From positions 2,978 to 66,977 of the forward strand of contig JBAWWA010000005.1 of NCBI GenBank assembly GCA_037146995.1: a DNA stretch of 64,000 nt, given 5' to 3'. Made by a program: the position numbers and the translations under genes. Shown here one piece after another: positions 54,700 through 62,766 of this stretch. This DNA comes from a bacterium. GTDB lineage: Bacteria; Patescibacteriota; Patescibacteriia; Patescibacteriales; GWE2-39-37. The stretch's first letter is position 1; each line of letters begins with the position of its first letter. The notes beneath the pieces were generated by a model, which made no database searches, was not told the origin of the DNA, and saw only the letters and a list, made by a program, of their open reading frames with translations.

Positions 54700-54823
54700 G
54701 TGACAAGCATGGATTAAAAGAGTTGTGGGCTTGTAATACGAGAGGTGAATCAGGTCGAAACCCAATCCCTGGACTAGCCGACCTCTCGCCTTACAAGGCC
54801 ACAAAGGCCTTGTGTATTGCAAG

Positions 54824-55042
54824 TCAGAAAAATAAAAATGATTTATATTTTCTGACCATTGGTTTTTTATTACGTTCTGCCAAGATATTCTCAATCTCTG
54901 CAATTCGCTTGCTATCTCTATCATTCTCCCGCTTCACAATTTGCCGAAACTCTCCCAAAAGATAATTCCGAGATTGGATGCGAGATTTAAGCCTCACCTT
55001 TTCTGCGATTAGATGAGGAACGCTTGGCTCGCTAGTTAACAT
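54824..55042 (-). CDS. Small coiled-coil phage protein (72 aa)
   Basis: MLTSEPSVPHLIAEKVRLKSRIQ...AEIENILAERNKK. Confidence 0.4.
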   Translation of the reverse strand: MLTSEPSVPHLIAEKVRLKSRIQSRNYLLGEFRQIVKRENDRDSKRIAEIENILAERNKKPMVRKYKSFLFF

Positions 55043-56174
55043 CTTCGTCACCTGATTTTTTAGATGACACCTTATCTGGAAAATCAACAGCCAAGGCATC
55101 CTGAATTACAATCTTCAAAGTTTCTAGTCCAGCATCAAGTTCTGATAGTTTTTTAATCTTTATCTCCTCCCAACTATTAGTACCGAAAACAATCTCTGAT
55201 GCCTCAATTCGCTTTTTCTTATCAGCTGCTCCGGTGCTTGGCCAAGCCTTAACTAATTCATTTGAGATCTTTTCCAAAACAATCTCTCGTTTACGCACAT
55301 ATTCACGTTTATCTTCCTCGGTTTTAAACAAACCAGTTGAGTCAGTTTCAACAATCTCCCGCTTAACTGGATTAGCCAGCATATCATCAATAGCAGGTTC
55401 AAAATTAGTAAAATCTGGATTCATAAATGTTTTGCCATCAATCAAAGTTGAGCGGTCTTTAACAATTGTCGCTTGACGATATACTTTCTTGTCCTTACCC
55501 AATATCTCCTCGAAGCGTTCCATTAAAACCAAGATGTCAGGCTCGTAGGCTGTCTCCCCTTCTACCTTCATCTTCACACCTGATTTATAGATTTCACGTT
55601 TGCCGGTATCTGCGTTGATTTCATTTTCATATTCGAACCCGGCACGACCGCACATAATAATATGATATGGATCACGAACAAGCGGGTCAGAAAACTCTGC
55701 CTTCCACATCGGCTTCAATATGCCCCAATCCTGAAATTGCAGATGAGTGCGTCCAACTTTGCGTTTGTACGATTCGACGGTGTCCTCCCAAACGTGGGAG
55801 ATTGAATCGATGATAAGAATGTCGGAAACTTGCTGATCACGCAAAAGCCTCATCGACTCTTTAAGATCGGCGAGCGTGCGTGATTCCTTGACCAGTAACT
55901 CAATGCCAGCCTCGTTAAATACTCTCTTCAAAAACTTGGCCGCTTTTTCTGTATCGAACATAACGACTGGTTTTTTTGATTTGATTTTCTGATGAAGTCC
56001 GATTGCAACCAATGCAGATGTATAGGTTTTGCCTGAACCAGCGAAACCCTCAAAAGCTGCTTTGAAGTATGGCTTGGTGTTAGCGACTTCCATAAAGAAG
56101 TTGCCGTATGATTTAGTTGCCTGCTTAATAACAGGTTTAGTCATAGTTTTTGTTTGCATAAATTTCTTGATCAC
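55032..56174 (-). CDS. Phage RecA-like / AAA P-loop ATPase (Sak4-like recombination/replication protein)
   Basis: Walker A is FAGSGKTYT and Walker B is ILIIDSISHVWE. It is the first large gene of the early/replication module. Confidence 0.65.
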   Translation of the reverse strand: MIKKFMQTKTMTKPVIKQATKSYGNFFMEVANTKPYFKAAFEGFAGSGKTYTSALVAIGLHQKIKSKKPVVMFDTEKAAKFLKRVFNEAGIELLVKESRTLADLKESMRLLRDQQVSDILIIDSISHVWEDTVESYKRKVGRTHLQFQDWGILKPMWKAEFSDPLVRDPYHIIMCGRAGFEYENEINADTGKREIYKSGVKMKVEGETAYEPDILVLMERFEEILGKDKKVYRQATIVKDRSTLIDGKTFMNPDFTNFEPAIDDMLANPVKREIVETDSTGLFKTEEDKREYVRKREIVLEKISNELVKAWPSTGAADKKKRIEASEIVFGTNSWEEIKIKKLSELDAGLETLKIVIQDALAVDFPDKVSSKKSGDEDVN

Positions 56175-56333
56175 CCCCTAAACAAGGGATAATATTAAAT
56201 ATTTTTCTTAAAATTTATCAGCTTGACTAATAAAATCGTTGCTGATAAGTTTGTAATTGATCCTTTCAAAAAGTGCATTTTTTGATAGGAGTTCATAACA
56301 CCTAGGACATCCACCCCACAAAGGGTGGGTGTC

Positions 56334-56477
56334 TTAATTTATTCGACCTAATCTACGTCTGGCATTTTCCAACCTTTGTAAATCACGCCAAATGTCATAA
56401 GGCTCAAGAGATCCGCCTAACGGATAGTCTTCAGAACAATCAAACGTTTCGGACATCTCTTGGGGTACTGAATCCAT
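56334..56477 (-). CDS. Small acidic protein (47 aa) next to attR
   Basis: Manual translation gives MDSVPQEMSETFDCSEDYPLGGSLEPYDIWRDLQRLENARRRLGRIN*. It is followed by the hairpin CCACCC-cacaaa-GGGTGG (56311-56328). Confidence 0.35.
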   Translation of the reverse strand: MDSVPQEMSETFDCSEDYPLGGSLEPYDIWRDLQRLENARRRLGRIN

Positions 56478-56550
56478 AAAATCACCCCCTTTCTCATCAT
56501 TTCGAACTCAAGTCGAAATGAATTAATAGTTAAATTTTCAAAATAAACAA

Positions 56551-56604
56551 AAAACCCGCAAATATGATCGATAAACTTTTTTTATCGATTTATTTGCGGG
56601 TTTT
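56551..56604. terminator. Long composite hairpin (14 bp + 9 bp) flanked by A and T runs
   Basis: aaaaCCCGCAAATA..ATCGATAAA-ctttt-TTTATCGAT.TATTTGCGGGtttt. Confidence 0.6.
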
Positions 56605-56673
56605 GACTAGGTTATCCACAAAGAGTGGAAATGCCCAATTTTTAACTCCCAACAATGGCAATCAAACAAAAAA

Positions 56674-56703
56674 AGCTATGACCGTGAGGTTATAGCTTTT
56701 TTA
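56674..56703 (-). terminator. Phage-supplied terminator now serving ftsZ
   Basis: AGCTATGACC-gtga-GGTTATAGCT (10 bp including one G-U pair) flanked by A and T runs, about 40 nt after the ftsZ stop. Confidence 0.55.
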
Positions 56704-56738
56704 TATGCGAATATTGCACTAAATATTGATTTTTCGCT

Positions 56739-57983
56739 CTACATCATTTTTTTCCGAATAAAGGCTGGTATTCCCAAATCATCTTCTTCATCAGTCTCAT
56801 AACTATCTTTTCTTCTGGCTGGCTCGGCCTGTGCTGCCTTAACTGGGGATATTTTCGGTCTTGAGGGTGAAACGTAGTTATTGTTTTCCGGCGTTGAATG
56901 ACTCATAGAATTAGTAGCACTAACCGGTGTACTAATTTGACTCTGCTGACCTGAAGCAACCACTGGATTTGGAATATAAGGATGGCCACCCATACTGCCA
57001 GAATAAGTCTCAACTCGACGACCAGGTGTGCCCTGATCAAAGCCAGTAGCCACGACGGTAATCTTGACCTCATCCTTCATTTTTTCATTTGTAATAATAC
57101 CGAAAATAATCTTTGCATCTTCATCTGCCGAGGCCGTGATAATTTTGGCGGCCTCCTGCACCTCACCCATGCCCAAGTTTGAACCGCCTTGAATCGTAAA
57201 CAAAATGCCTCTAGCACCATCAATCGACATTTCAAGTAATGGCGAATTGATGGCTAATTTGGCCGCCTCTATCGCGCGATTTTCGCCGGTGGCCTGACCA
57301 ATGCCCATTAAGGCTGAACCTGAATTCGACATAACAGCCTTGACGTCGGCAAAGTCGACATTAATTCGACCAGGCACAGTAATGAGTTCGGCAATTCCCT
57401 GCACTCCCTGTCGCAAAACATCATCGACTTTAGAAAAAGATTCAAGCAAAGATGCCTTTTTATCTATAATTTGAAAAATTCTATCGTTAGGAATGGTGAT
57501 AATGGCGTCAACCTTATCAGTTAACTCCATCATGCCACGATCAGCCAAATTTTTGCGCTGATTACCCTCAAAAGCAAAAGGCTTTGTAACAACGGCAATG
57601 GTCAAAGCACCTAAGTCTCTAGAGATTTCTGCCACAATCGGACTAGCACCTGTACCAGTACCTCCACCCATACCACAAGTCACAAAAACCATGTTAGCAT
57701 CCTTTAAAACCTCTCTGATTTCATTTTGGGATTCTTCAGCTGCTTGACGACCGAGCTCTGGATTCATACCTGCTCCTAGGCCGCGCGTCACGCCTTTGCC
57801 AATATGTAATTTTTTACTCGCTTTATTGGCATGAAGAGCTTGAATATCGGTATTTATTGCAATAAACTCAACGCCTTTAATACCCAAATCAATCATGTGG
57901 TTAACAGCGCTACCGCCGGAACCGCCTACACCAACGACTTTAATTTTTGCGAAAGTTTCAATTTCAGGCTTAATTTCTGCCAT
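56739..57983 (-). CDS. ftsZ: Cell division GTPase FtsZ
   Basis: GGGTGTG tubulin signature, NTDIQAL, and the C-terminal tail peptide [14 protein letters not shown]. Confidence 0.97.
   Translation of the reverse strand: MAEIKPEIETFAKIKVVGVGGSGGSAVNHMIDLGIKGVEFIAINTDIQALHANKASKKLHIGKGVTRGLGAGMNPELGRQAAEESQNEIREVLKDANMVFVTCGMGGGTGTGASPIVAEISRDLGALTIAVVTKPFAFEGNQRKNLADRGMMELTDKVDAIITIPNDRIFQIIDKKASLLESFSKVDDVLRQGVQGIAELITVPGRINVDFADVKAVMSNSGSALMGIGQATGENRAIEAAKLAINSPLLEMSIDGARGILFTIQGGSNLGMGEVQEAAKIITASADEDAKIIFGIITNEKMKDEVKITVVATGFDQGTPGRRVETYSGSMGGHPYIPNPVVASGQQSQISTPVSATNSMSHSTPENNNYVSPSRPKISPVKAAQAEPARRKDSYETDEEDDLGIPAFIRKKMM
56740..56768. repeat. attR: 29-bp direct repeat inside the functional ftsZ 3' end
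   Basis: tacatcatttttttccgaataaaGgctgg. See attL. Confidence 0.85.
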
Positions 57984-58103
57984 ATATATAATTAAAATTA
58001 TCTATTACAATAAATGATATCTTATGTGACCCAAATAGGCAAGGCTAAATAAATTCGCAATAATTTATTTAAAATACTAAAATTCAACCAACTAATACCA
58101 GGC

Positions 58104-59366
58104 CTAGGGCTTAAGCTTGCCTAAAAAACCCTTGACCGAGCCGAGTGCTCCTCCAAAAAAATTGCTCGCCTGTCCACCAAAACCTTTTTTCTCAACCACA
58201 TGTTTTGAGCCCCAAACCACTAATCCTAGCGCCACCAAATAGGCTGGGTCATTAACTTTATCTACAATAACAGTAGCATTTTTGTTCGTACCGAGACTTG
58301 CCGGTAAGCGCAGCTTCAGTTTAGCTACCTCAAGTAAATCAGCCAAACCAGAGCCGCCACCAACAATAAAAGCGCCAGCTGGCAGCATGCCTGATCTTTC
58401 GACTTTTTTCAATTCATCGTCAACTTTTTCAAAAATCTCTTCAACCCGAGCTTCAATAATCTCAGCCAAATAATGACGAGAGACGTCAACCACTTCATCC
58501 TCAGCCAACCCCTCATCGGCCGCTAGTGGCCGAACGTCAACCTCAGCTGTATTATCAAACCTGGTTGGCTTAGCTGAACCATATTCTAGCTTTATTCGTT
58601 CTGCTAAATTGATTGGGCAACGAAGTCCTAGGGCAACATCAGAAGTAATATGAGCCGAACCAATTGGCAAAACCGCGGCATGCAAAACCTCACCTTCCTC
58701 AAAAATAGAGATACCAGTAGTTGCAGAACCCAGGTTAATAACCACTGCGCCCAATTCTTTTTGCTTGCTAGTTAACACCGCCTCGCCTGCCGCCAAAGGG
58801 GCTAAAACTAAATCCTCAATCTCTAAACCTGTACGGTAAATTGCCTTGGTTAAATTGTTGATTTGCGAAGATAGTGCTTGAACAATTAAAATCTCCACTT
58901 CAAGCCTAACACCATTCATACCAATTGGATCCTTGATATCACCCTGACTATCAATCGCATAGCTAATTGGTATAACGTGAATAATCTCAAAATTTGGCGG
59001 AACGGATAGGGCTCTGGCCGCCTCAATGGCGCGCTCTACATCTTCTTCGGTAATTTCACCATTATTTTTACCAACAGCCACTACCCCCTTACTTCGTTCA
59101 CAACGAATATTTGGAGCGTTAACACCAACAAAAACTTTGGTAATTGGAATTCCAGTCAATCGTTCAGCCTTTTCCAAGCAATCCGATATAGCCGCTGTTG
59201 CACCATCTATGCTTGTAACCACCCCTTTGCTGATACCGTCAGAAGGCACACTAACAGCTCCTATAATTTGCAAATCTTCACCCTTTTCCAATTGGACTTT
59301 CTGACCGATTACAAGACGAACTGCAGTTGAGCCAATATCAAGACCGGCAACGATATTTTCTCGCAT
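58104..59366 (-). CDS. ftsA: Cell division protein FtsA (actin-like ATPase)
   Basis: GLDIGST phosphate-1 motif, VINLGSATT, 420 aa, upstream of ftsZ. Confidence 0.93.
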   Translation of the reverse strand: MRENIVAGLDIGSTAVRLVIGQKVQLEKGEDLQIIGAVSVPSDGISKGVVTSIDGATAAISDCLEKAERLTGIPITKVFVGVNAPNIRCERSKGVVAVGKNNGEITEEDVERAIEAARALSVPPNFEIIHVIPISYAIDSQGDIKDPIGMNGVRLEVEILIVQALSSQINNLTKAIYRTGLEIEDLVLAPLAAGEAVLTSKQKELGAVVINLGSATTGISIFEEGEVLHAAVLPIGSAHITSDVALGLRCPINLAERIKLEYGSAKPTRFDNTAEVDVRPLAADEGLAEDEVVDVSRHYLAEIIEARVEEIFEKVDDELKKVERSGMLPAGAFIVGGGSGLADLLEVAKLKLRLPASLGTNKNATVIVDKVNDPAYLVALGLVVWGSKHVVEKKGFGGQASNFFGGALGSVKGFLGKLKP

Positions 59367-59412
59367 AATTAACTCTTAAACAATTTTTAAATATAGAAAT
59401 ATTATACCAAAT

Positions 59413-59787
59413 TTATGCTAATGCTACAAGCAATGCATAAAACTTAGGACCAAAAATAATTAACCCGACAATTACAGCACTTATGGAAGCAAGTAAAACC
59501 GCTGCAGCCATAATATCCTTTATTTCCTTTACGTAACCATGGATTCTTGGCTTCAAAATATCAGTCACTCTTTCAACAGCACTATTAACTACCTCCATTA
59601 TTACCACCAAAGTAATACAAAGAATTAAAAATAACCACTCAATAGAAGATAAACCAAACAAAAAACCGATTAAAATGGTAATAATTGCCATCACCGTGTG
59701 TATCTGAAGATTTTGCTCTTCGCGCCATGTCTTTACTAACCCCTTAAAGGCATAGGTAAAACTTTTTATTAATCTTTTTAGGCTCAT
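59413..59787 (-). CDS. dgkA: Diacylglycerol / undecaprenol kinase family membrane protein
   Basis: 124 aa with three TM helices. Contains SFTYAFKGL...EQNLQIH and EVVNSAVERV, which are DgkA family motifs. Confidence 0.8.
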   Translation of the reverse strand: MSLKRLIKSFTYAFKGLVKTWREEQNLQIHTVMAIITILIGFLFGLSSIEWLFLILCITLVVIMEVVNSAVERVTDILKPRIHGYVKEIKDIMAAAVLLASISAVIVGLIIFGPKFYALLVALA

Positions 59788-59789
59788 AT

Positions 59790-60224
59790 TTATTTAATAC
59801 TATCAGTACTAGGCGTATGTCTGGGACTAATTTTTTTTATTATTTTTGCACCTAATTTCATCATCTTTAATCTATCACTATCAACCCCATCTTCATGTCC
59901 CAGTAAGTGCAGAATACCATGAACCAAAATAAAAATTAACTCATTTTCAGCTGATTGCTGAAAATTCGGGGCTTGATCAATAATTTGCTTGTAACAAATT
60001 ATTAACTCCCCTAAGTCGTTACCATCACCAGCATATGATAAAATATCTGTGACTTTATCAATACCTCGCAGTTTCTTGTTTAGTCGACGTATAGCCGACC
60101 CGGAAACAAACGCAATAGAGAGATTGCAATCATTTTTGTCAAAATATTTCAGAGTTTCAGTAGCAATAAACTCGATCAATTTTTTATCAACCGCCAACCT
60201 AGTAGTATTGTTTATTTCTATCAT
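59790..60224 (-). CDS. ybeY: rRNA maturation endoribonuclease YbeY
   Basis: HGILHLLGHED zinc-binding motif, 144 aa. Confidence 0.92.
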   Translation of the reverse strand: MIEINNTTRLAVDKKLIEFIATETLKYFDKNDCNLSIAFVSGSAIRRLNKKLRGIDKVTDILSYAGDGNDLGELIICYKQIIDQAPNFQQSAENELIFILVHGILHLLGHEDGVDSDRLKMMKLGAKIIKKISPRHTPSTDSIK

Positions 60225-61243
60225 TTGAGGCTAAAGGTATTAGCAATGACTTTAATAATATTGGGAAAATTATCAACATTCGTCACACCTAGATTATAAT
60301 TAATTGCCACAATATTTTTTTTATTATTATCCATCAAATAATAGGTCAAATTGTCTGCCGTCCTTATGCCGTTCCATAAAACCGTACCAGCAGAATTTGT
60401 TTGAGTAAAAATTTGATTGGCACTTATTTGTGATACACTAAACTGCTCCTTGTACCAATTTTCCAAAGTCAAAGCATCGGCATTCGCACTCAAGCTAACC
60501 GTAACCGACTGTCCGTCAGGAGTAGTCAGTATTACGGAATTATTATCTTGCGCCTTAAACGGCCAGCTGCGAGGATAAGTAAATGCAAATAATGAATTGG
60601 AATACTCGGCCATATTTGGATTTTCAAGTAACTTACCAGTACCAGCCGGGTTGTATCCCTTGGTCACCTCAACAAGATCAGCGTATGTATCTCCATCAGA
60701 ATCAGCCGCATTAATATTTGTGCCAAGTAATTTTTCTTCCGGATCCAATAAACCATCAGCATCAGAGTCAAGAGCTTGACTTAGGGTTGCTGTTGCAACT
60801 TTTGGCTCAACCACAAGGGGCTGACTGCTACTAGCCGATGTCTTAGCTAAACTTGCTTGCGTGTTTAACATATCTGGTGTTGGCGTGGCAATTACGGGTG
60901 TTTCAACTACCGGCTCGATTGCAATTTTAGGCGTTTCAGTAACAACTTCAGTCTCAGCTTGATTATTTGTCTGAACAATTGGAGCTTGAATAGTATTTTT
61001 TGGAGCAAAAACAAACCAGCCTATGCCAGCAAGGACGACCAGAAAAACTAAACCACCGCCAGCAATAATAAGCATCCCAGTTTTTTTGGCCTGTTCTCCA
61101 TCATGATGCATTTCCTTGTAACGTGTTGGCATTGTGTGTATTGCCACCTCATCAAAAACGTTATAAGTTTCAACTATTTTTTCAGGAGTCATATCATCGA
61201 CTGGCTTTTCGTCTTTTGTGGTTGTTTTTTTTGAACCAAACAT
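60221..61243 (-). CDS. Membrane-anchored extracytoplasmic protein with TSP3-like Ca-binding repeats
   Basis: N-terminal TM GMLIIAGGGLVFLVVLAGIGWFVF, followed by DSDADGLLDPEEKLLGTNINAADSDGDTYAD. Confidence 0.75.
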   Translation of the reverse strand: MFGSKKTTTKDEKPVDDMTPEKIVETYNVFDEVAIHTMPTRYKEMHHDGEQAKKTGMLIIAGGGLVFLVVLAGIGWFVFAPKNTIQAPIVQTNNQAETEVVTETPKIAIEPVVETPVIATPTPDMLNTQASLAKTSASSSQPLVVEPKVATATLSQALDSDADGLLDPEEKLLGTNINAADSDGDTYADLVEVTKGYNPAGTGKLLENPNMAEYSNSLFAFTYPRSWPFKAQDNNSVILTTPDGQSVTVSLSANADALTLENWYKEQFSVSQISANQIFTQTNSAGTVLWNGIRTADNLTYYLMDNNKKNIVAINYNLGVTNVDNFPNIIKVIANTFSLK

Positions 61244-61254
61244 ATTTTTTTGTA

Positions 61255-62010
61255 TTAATTTGAAATCTTGGATGACTTACCGGTCACGTCAAATAATTTA
61301 CCCTTGCCTAAGGGATTGTAGCCTTTGGAAACTTCTTCACCATCCTTGTAGCCATCTCCGTCAGTATCTGCCTTTAGTGGGTCGGTGCCGTAAATCCTAA
61401 CCTCCTCCTTATCTGTTAGACCATCGTTATCTGTGTCCTTGCTGTTAATATTAGTTCCAAGCTTTATTTCTTCAGCATCAACTAGGCCATCTTGATCAGT
61501 GTCAGTTACTATTGGGGCTGAAATTATAGAACTATTAGGAACTGTGGTAGTGCCTTTATTTTCGTTTGATGTTGTCGAGACAAGATTAGAAACATTTTCC
61601 GTGTTGTTTAAGGTCTCCGGTGGCGTAACTGTTTTAATTTCATTATTTTTTTTCACCTCAGCTGCAGGATTTTCTGCGACTGGCACACTTTTGTTGGTTG
61701 ATTTAATCTTGGTCAAAATTAGCAAAGTGCCGACAGCAACCACTGCTAAAACACCAATGATACCGAGCAAGATGTAAATATATTTTTTGTTCATGCCAGC
61801 ACCTGAAGTGGCCGCACCAAGTTCAGCATCAGCAGCAATACTGTTAATCGACTGAATGAGCTCTGGATTATTTTGATTTGAACCACTTAACGGGTTAAAA
61901 TTACCCTTGTCAACACCAGCAAATATATCTTCGGTAATTTTTGGTGGGACCATAGCATTGTCAGTCTTGACCGACGCAGGAAAGCTGGCGTTGTTTTGTT
62001 CTTCAAACAT
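61255..62010 (-). CDS. Membrane-anchored protein with TSP3-like Ca-binding repeats
   Basis: TM YIYILLGIIGVLAVVAVGTLLIL, followed by DTDQDGLVDAEE...DTDNDGLTDKEE...DTDGDGYKDGEE. Confidence 0.75.
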   Translation of the reverse strand: MFEEQNNASFPASVKTDNAMVPPKITEDIFAGVDKGNFNPLSGSNQNNPELIQSINSIAADAELGAATSGAGMNKKYIYILLGIIGVLAVVAVGTLLILTKIKSTNKSVPVAENPAAEVKKNNEIKTVTPPETLNNTENVSNLVSTTSNENKGTTTVPNSSIISAPIVTDTDQDGLVDAEEIKLGTNINSKDTDNDGLTDKEEVRIYGTDPLKADTDGDGYKDGEEVSKGYNPLGKGKLFDVTGKSSKISN

Positions 62011-62029
62011 ATTATTGATTAAGCTTTAA

Positions 62030-62764
62030 TTATTTACTATTAATATCTTTAGGATTAGTATGCGTCACATTTATTTCTTGTCCGTCACTTACGCCGTCAT
62101 TGTCAGTATCAGCTTTAAATGGATCGGTGCCTATTGATTTTTCTTGGGCGTTACTTAATCCGTCCTTGTCCGAGTCTAGTGGTAAAGCATTGATAACCGT
62201 CTGGCAATGATTTCTTAGATCAGCATCTGTTATTTTATCACACGACTTTAAATCACGCGAATTTATGGCCAAAGTGTGAGCAACAATATTTTGACACTTC
62301 TTGCTATCTTTAAAAATTTTACAGTCAGTAGTCTTTTTAAAATTAACAGAAAAGGTGTCCATACAAGTTTCAATATATGGACTAGTCAAATCATTACATC
62401 GTTCTGGCGTGCTACTCGAGATTATCTTTTTTAACACAATATTACTAGCGCAATCACTGGCCAACTTTTTATCAGAGACCAAATCACACATTTTCTCATC
62501 TGTTACATATGATGCCACTGAATTAATGCAACTATTTTTGTCTGCCGCTACAACCACCTTGTTGCACTCATCTATTCTGTTAGCCAAAACCGCCTGCATG
62601 GTTCGATTGTAATCTTGCGCCGTTTCTGCCTTTTCAACAATTTTTTGTTGATTCACGGATTTGCTTAAAAAACCCTTATCACCACTTCTAATAAAATAAA
62701 AACCAAGACCAGCAAAACATATTAAAAATAGGATACTAATACTAATAATTTTTGTACGATTCAT
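62030..62764 (-). CDS. Cys-rich membrane-anchored protein with TSP3-like Ca-binding repeats
   Basis: Signal/anchor IISISILFLICFAGLGFYFI, many Cys residues, and a C-terminal DSDKDGLSNAQE...DTDNDGVSDGQE. Confidence 0.75.
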   Translation of the reverse strand: MNRTKIISISILFLICFAGLGFYFIRSGDKGFLSKSVNQQKIVEKAETAQDYNRTMQAVLANRIDECNKVVVAADKNSCINSVASYVTDEKMCDLVSDKKLASDCASNIVLKKIISSSTPERCNDLTSPYIETCMDTFSVNFKKTTDCKIFKDSKKCQNIVAHTLAINSRDLKSCDKITDADLRNHCQTVINALPLDSDKDGLSNAQEKSIGTDPFKADTDNDGVSDGQEINVTHTNPKDINSK

Positions 62765-62766
62765 GT

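Larger units (their letters stand above)
9316..56768 (-). mobile_element. Integrated temperate siphovirus-like prophage (about 47.5 kb) inserted in the 3' end of ftsZ
   Basis: att direct repeats at both ends, with the integrase next to attL. A complete head, tail, lysis, terminase and replication gene set is present. Host genes on both flanks share one strand and would be contiguous without the insert. Confidence 0.85.

Noticed and set aside
54721-54730. agttgtgggc resembles the agttgtgggca core of the array start motif
   Set aside because: Only 10 nt match. The sequence is on the same strand but is not followed by an ATG-context or family ORF, so it is most likely chance in AT-rich DNA.
54739-54813. 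A phage tRNA gene
   Set aside because: The closing stem spans only about 50 nt. There is no GTTCRANYC T-loop, no cloverleaf with a 7-bp acceptor stem, and no plausible anticodon arm on either strand.
53559-54924. Long N-terminal extensions of the ORFs at 53559-54170 and 54025-54924
   Set aside because: The extensions are Trp/Arg/Cys-rich and overlap the neighbouring genes extensively. Internal ATGs abutting the upstream stops give compact, plausible genes. Start assignments remain uncertain.
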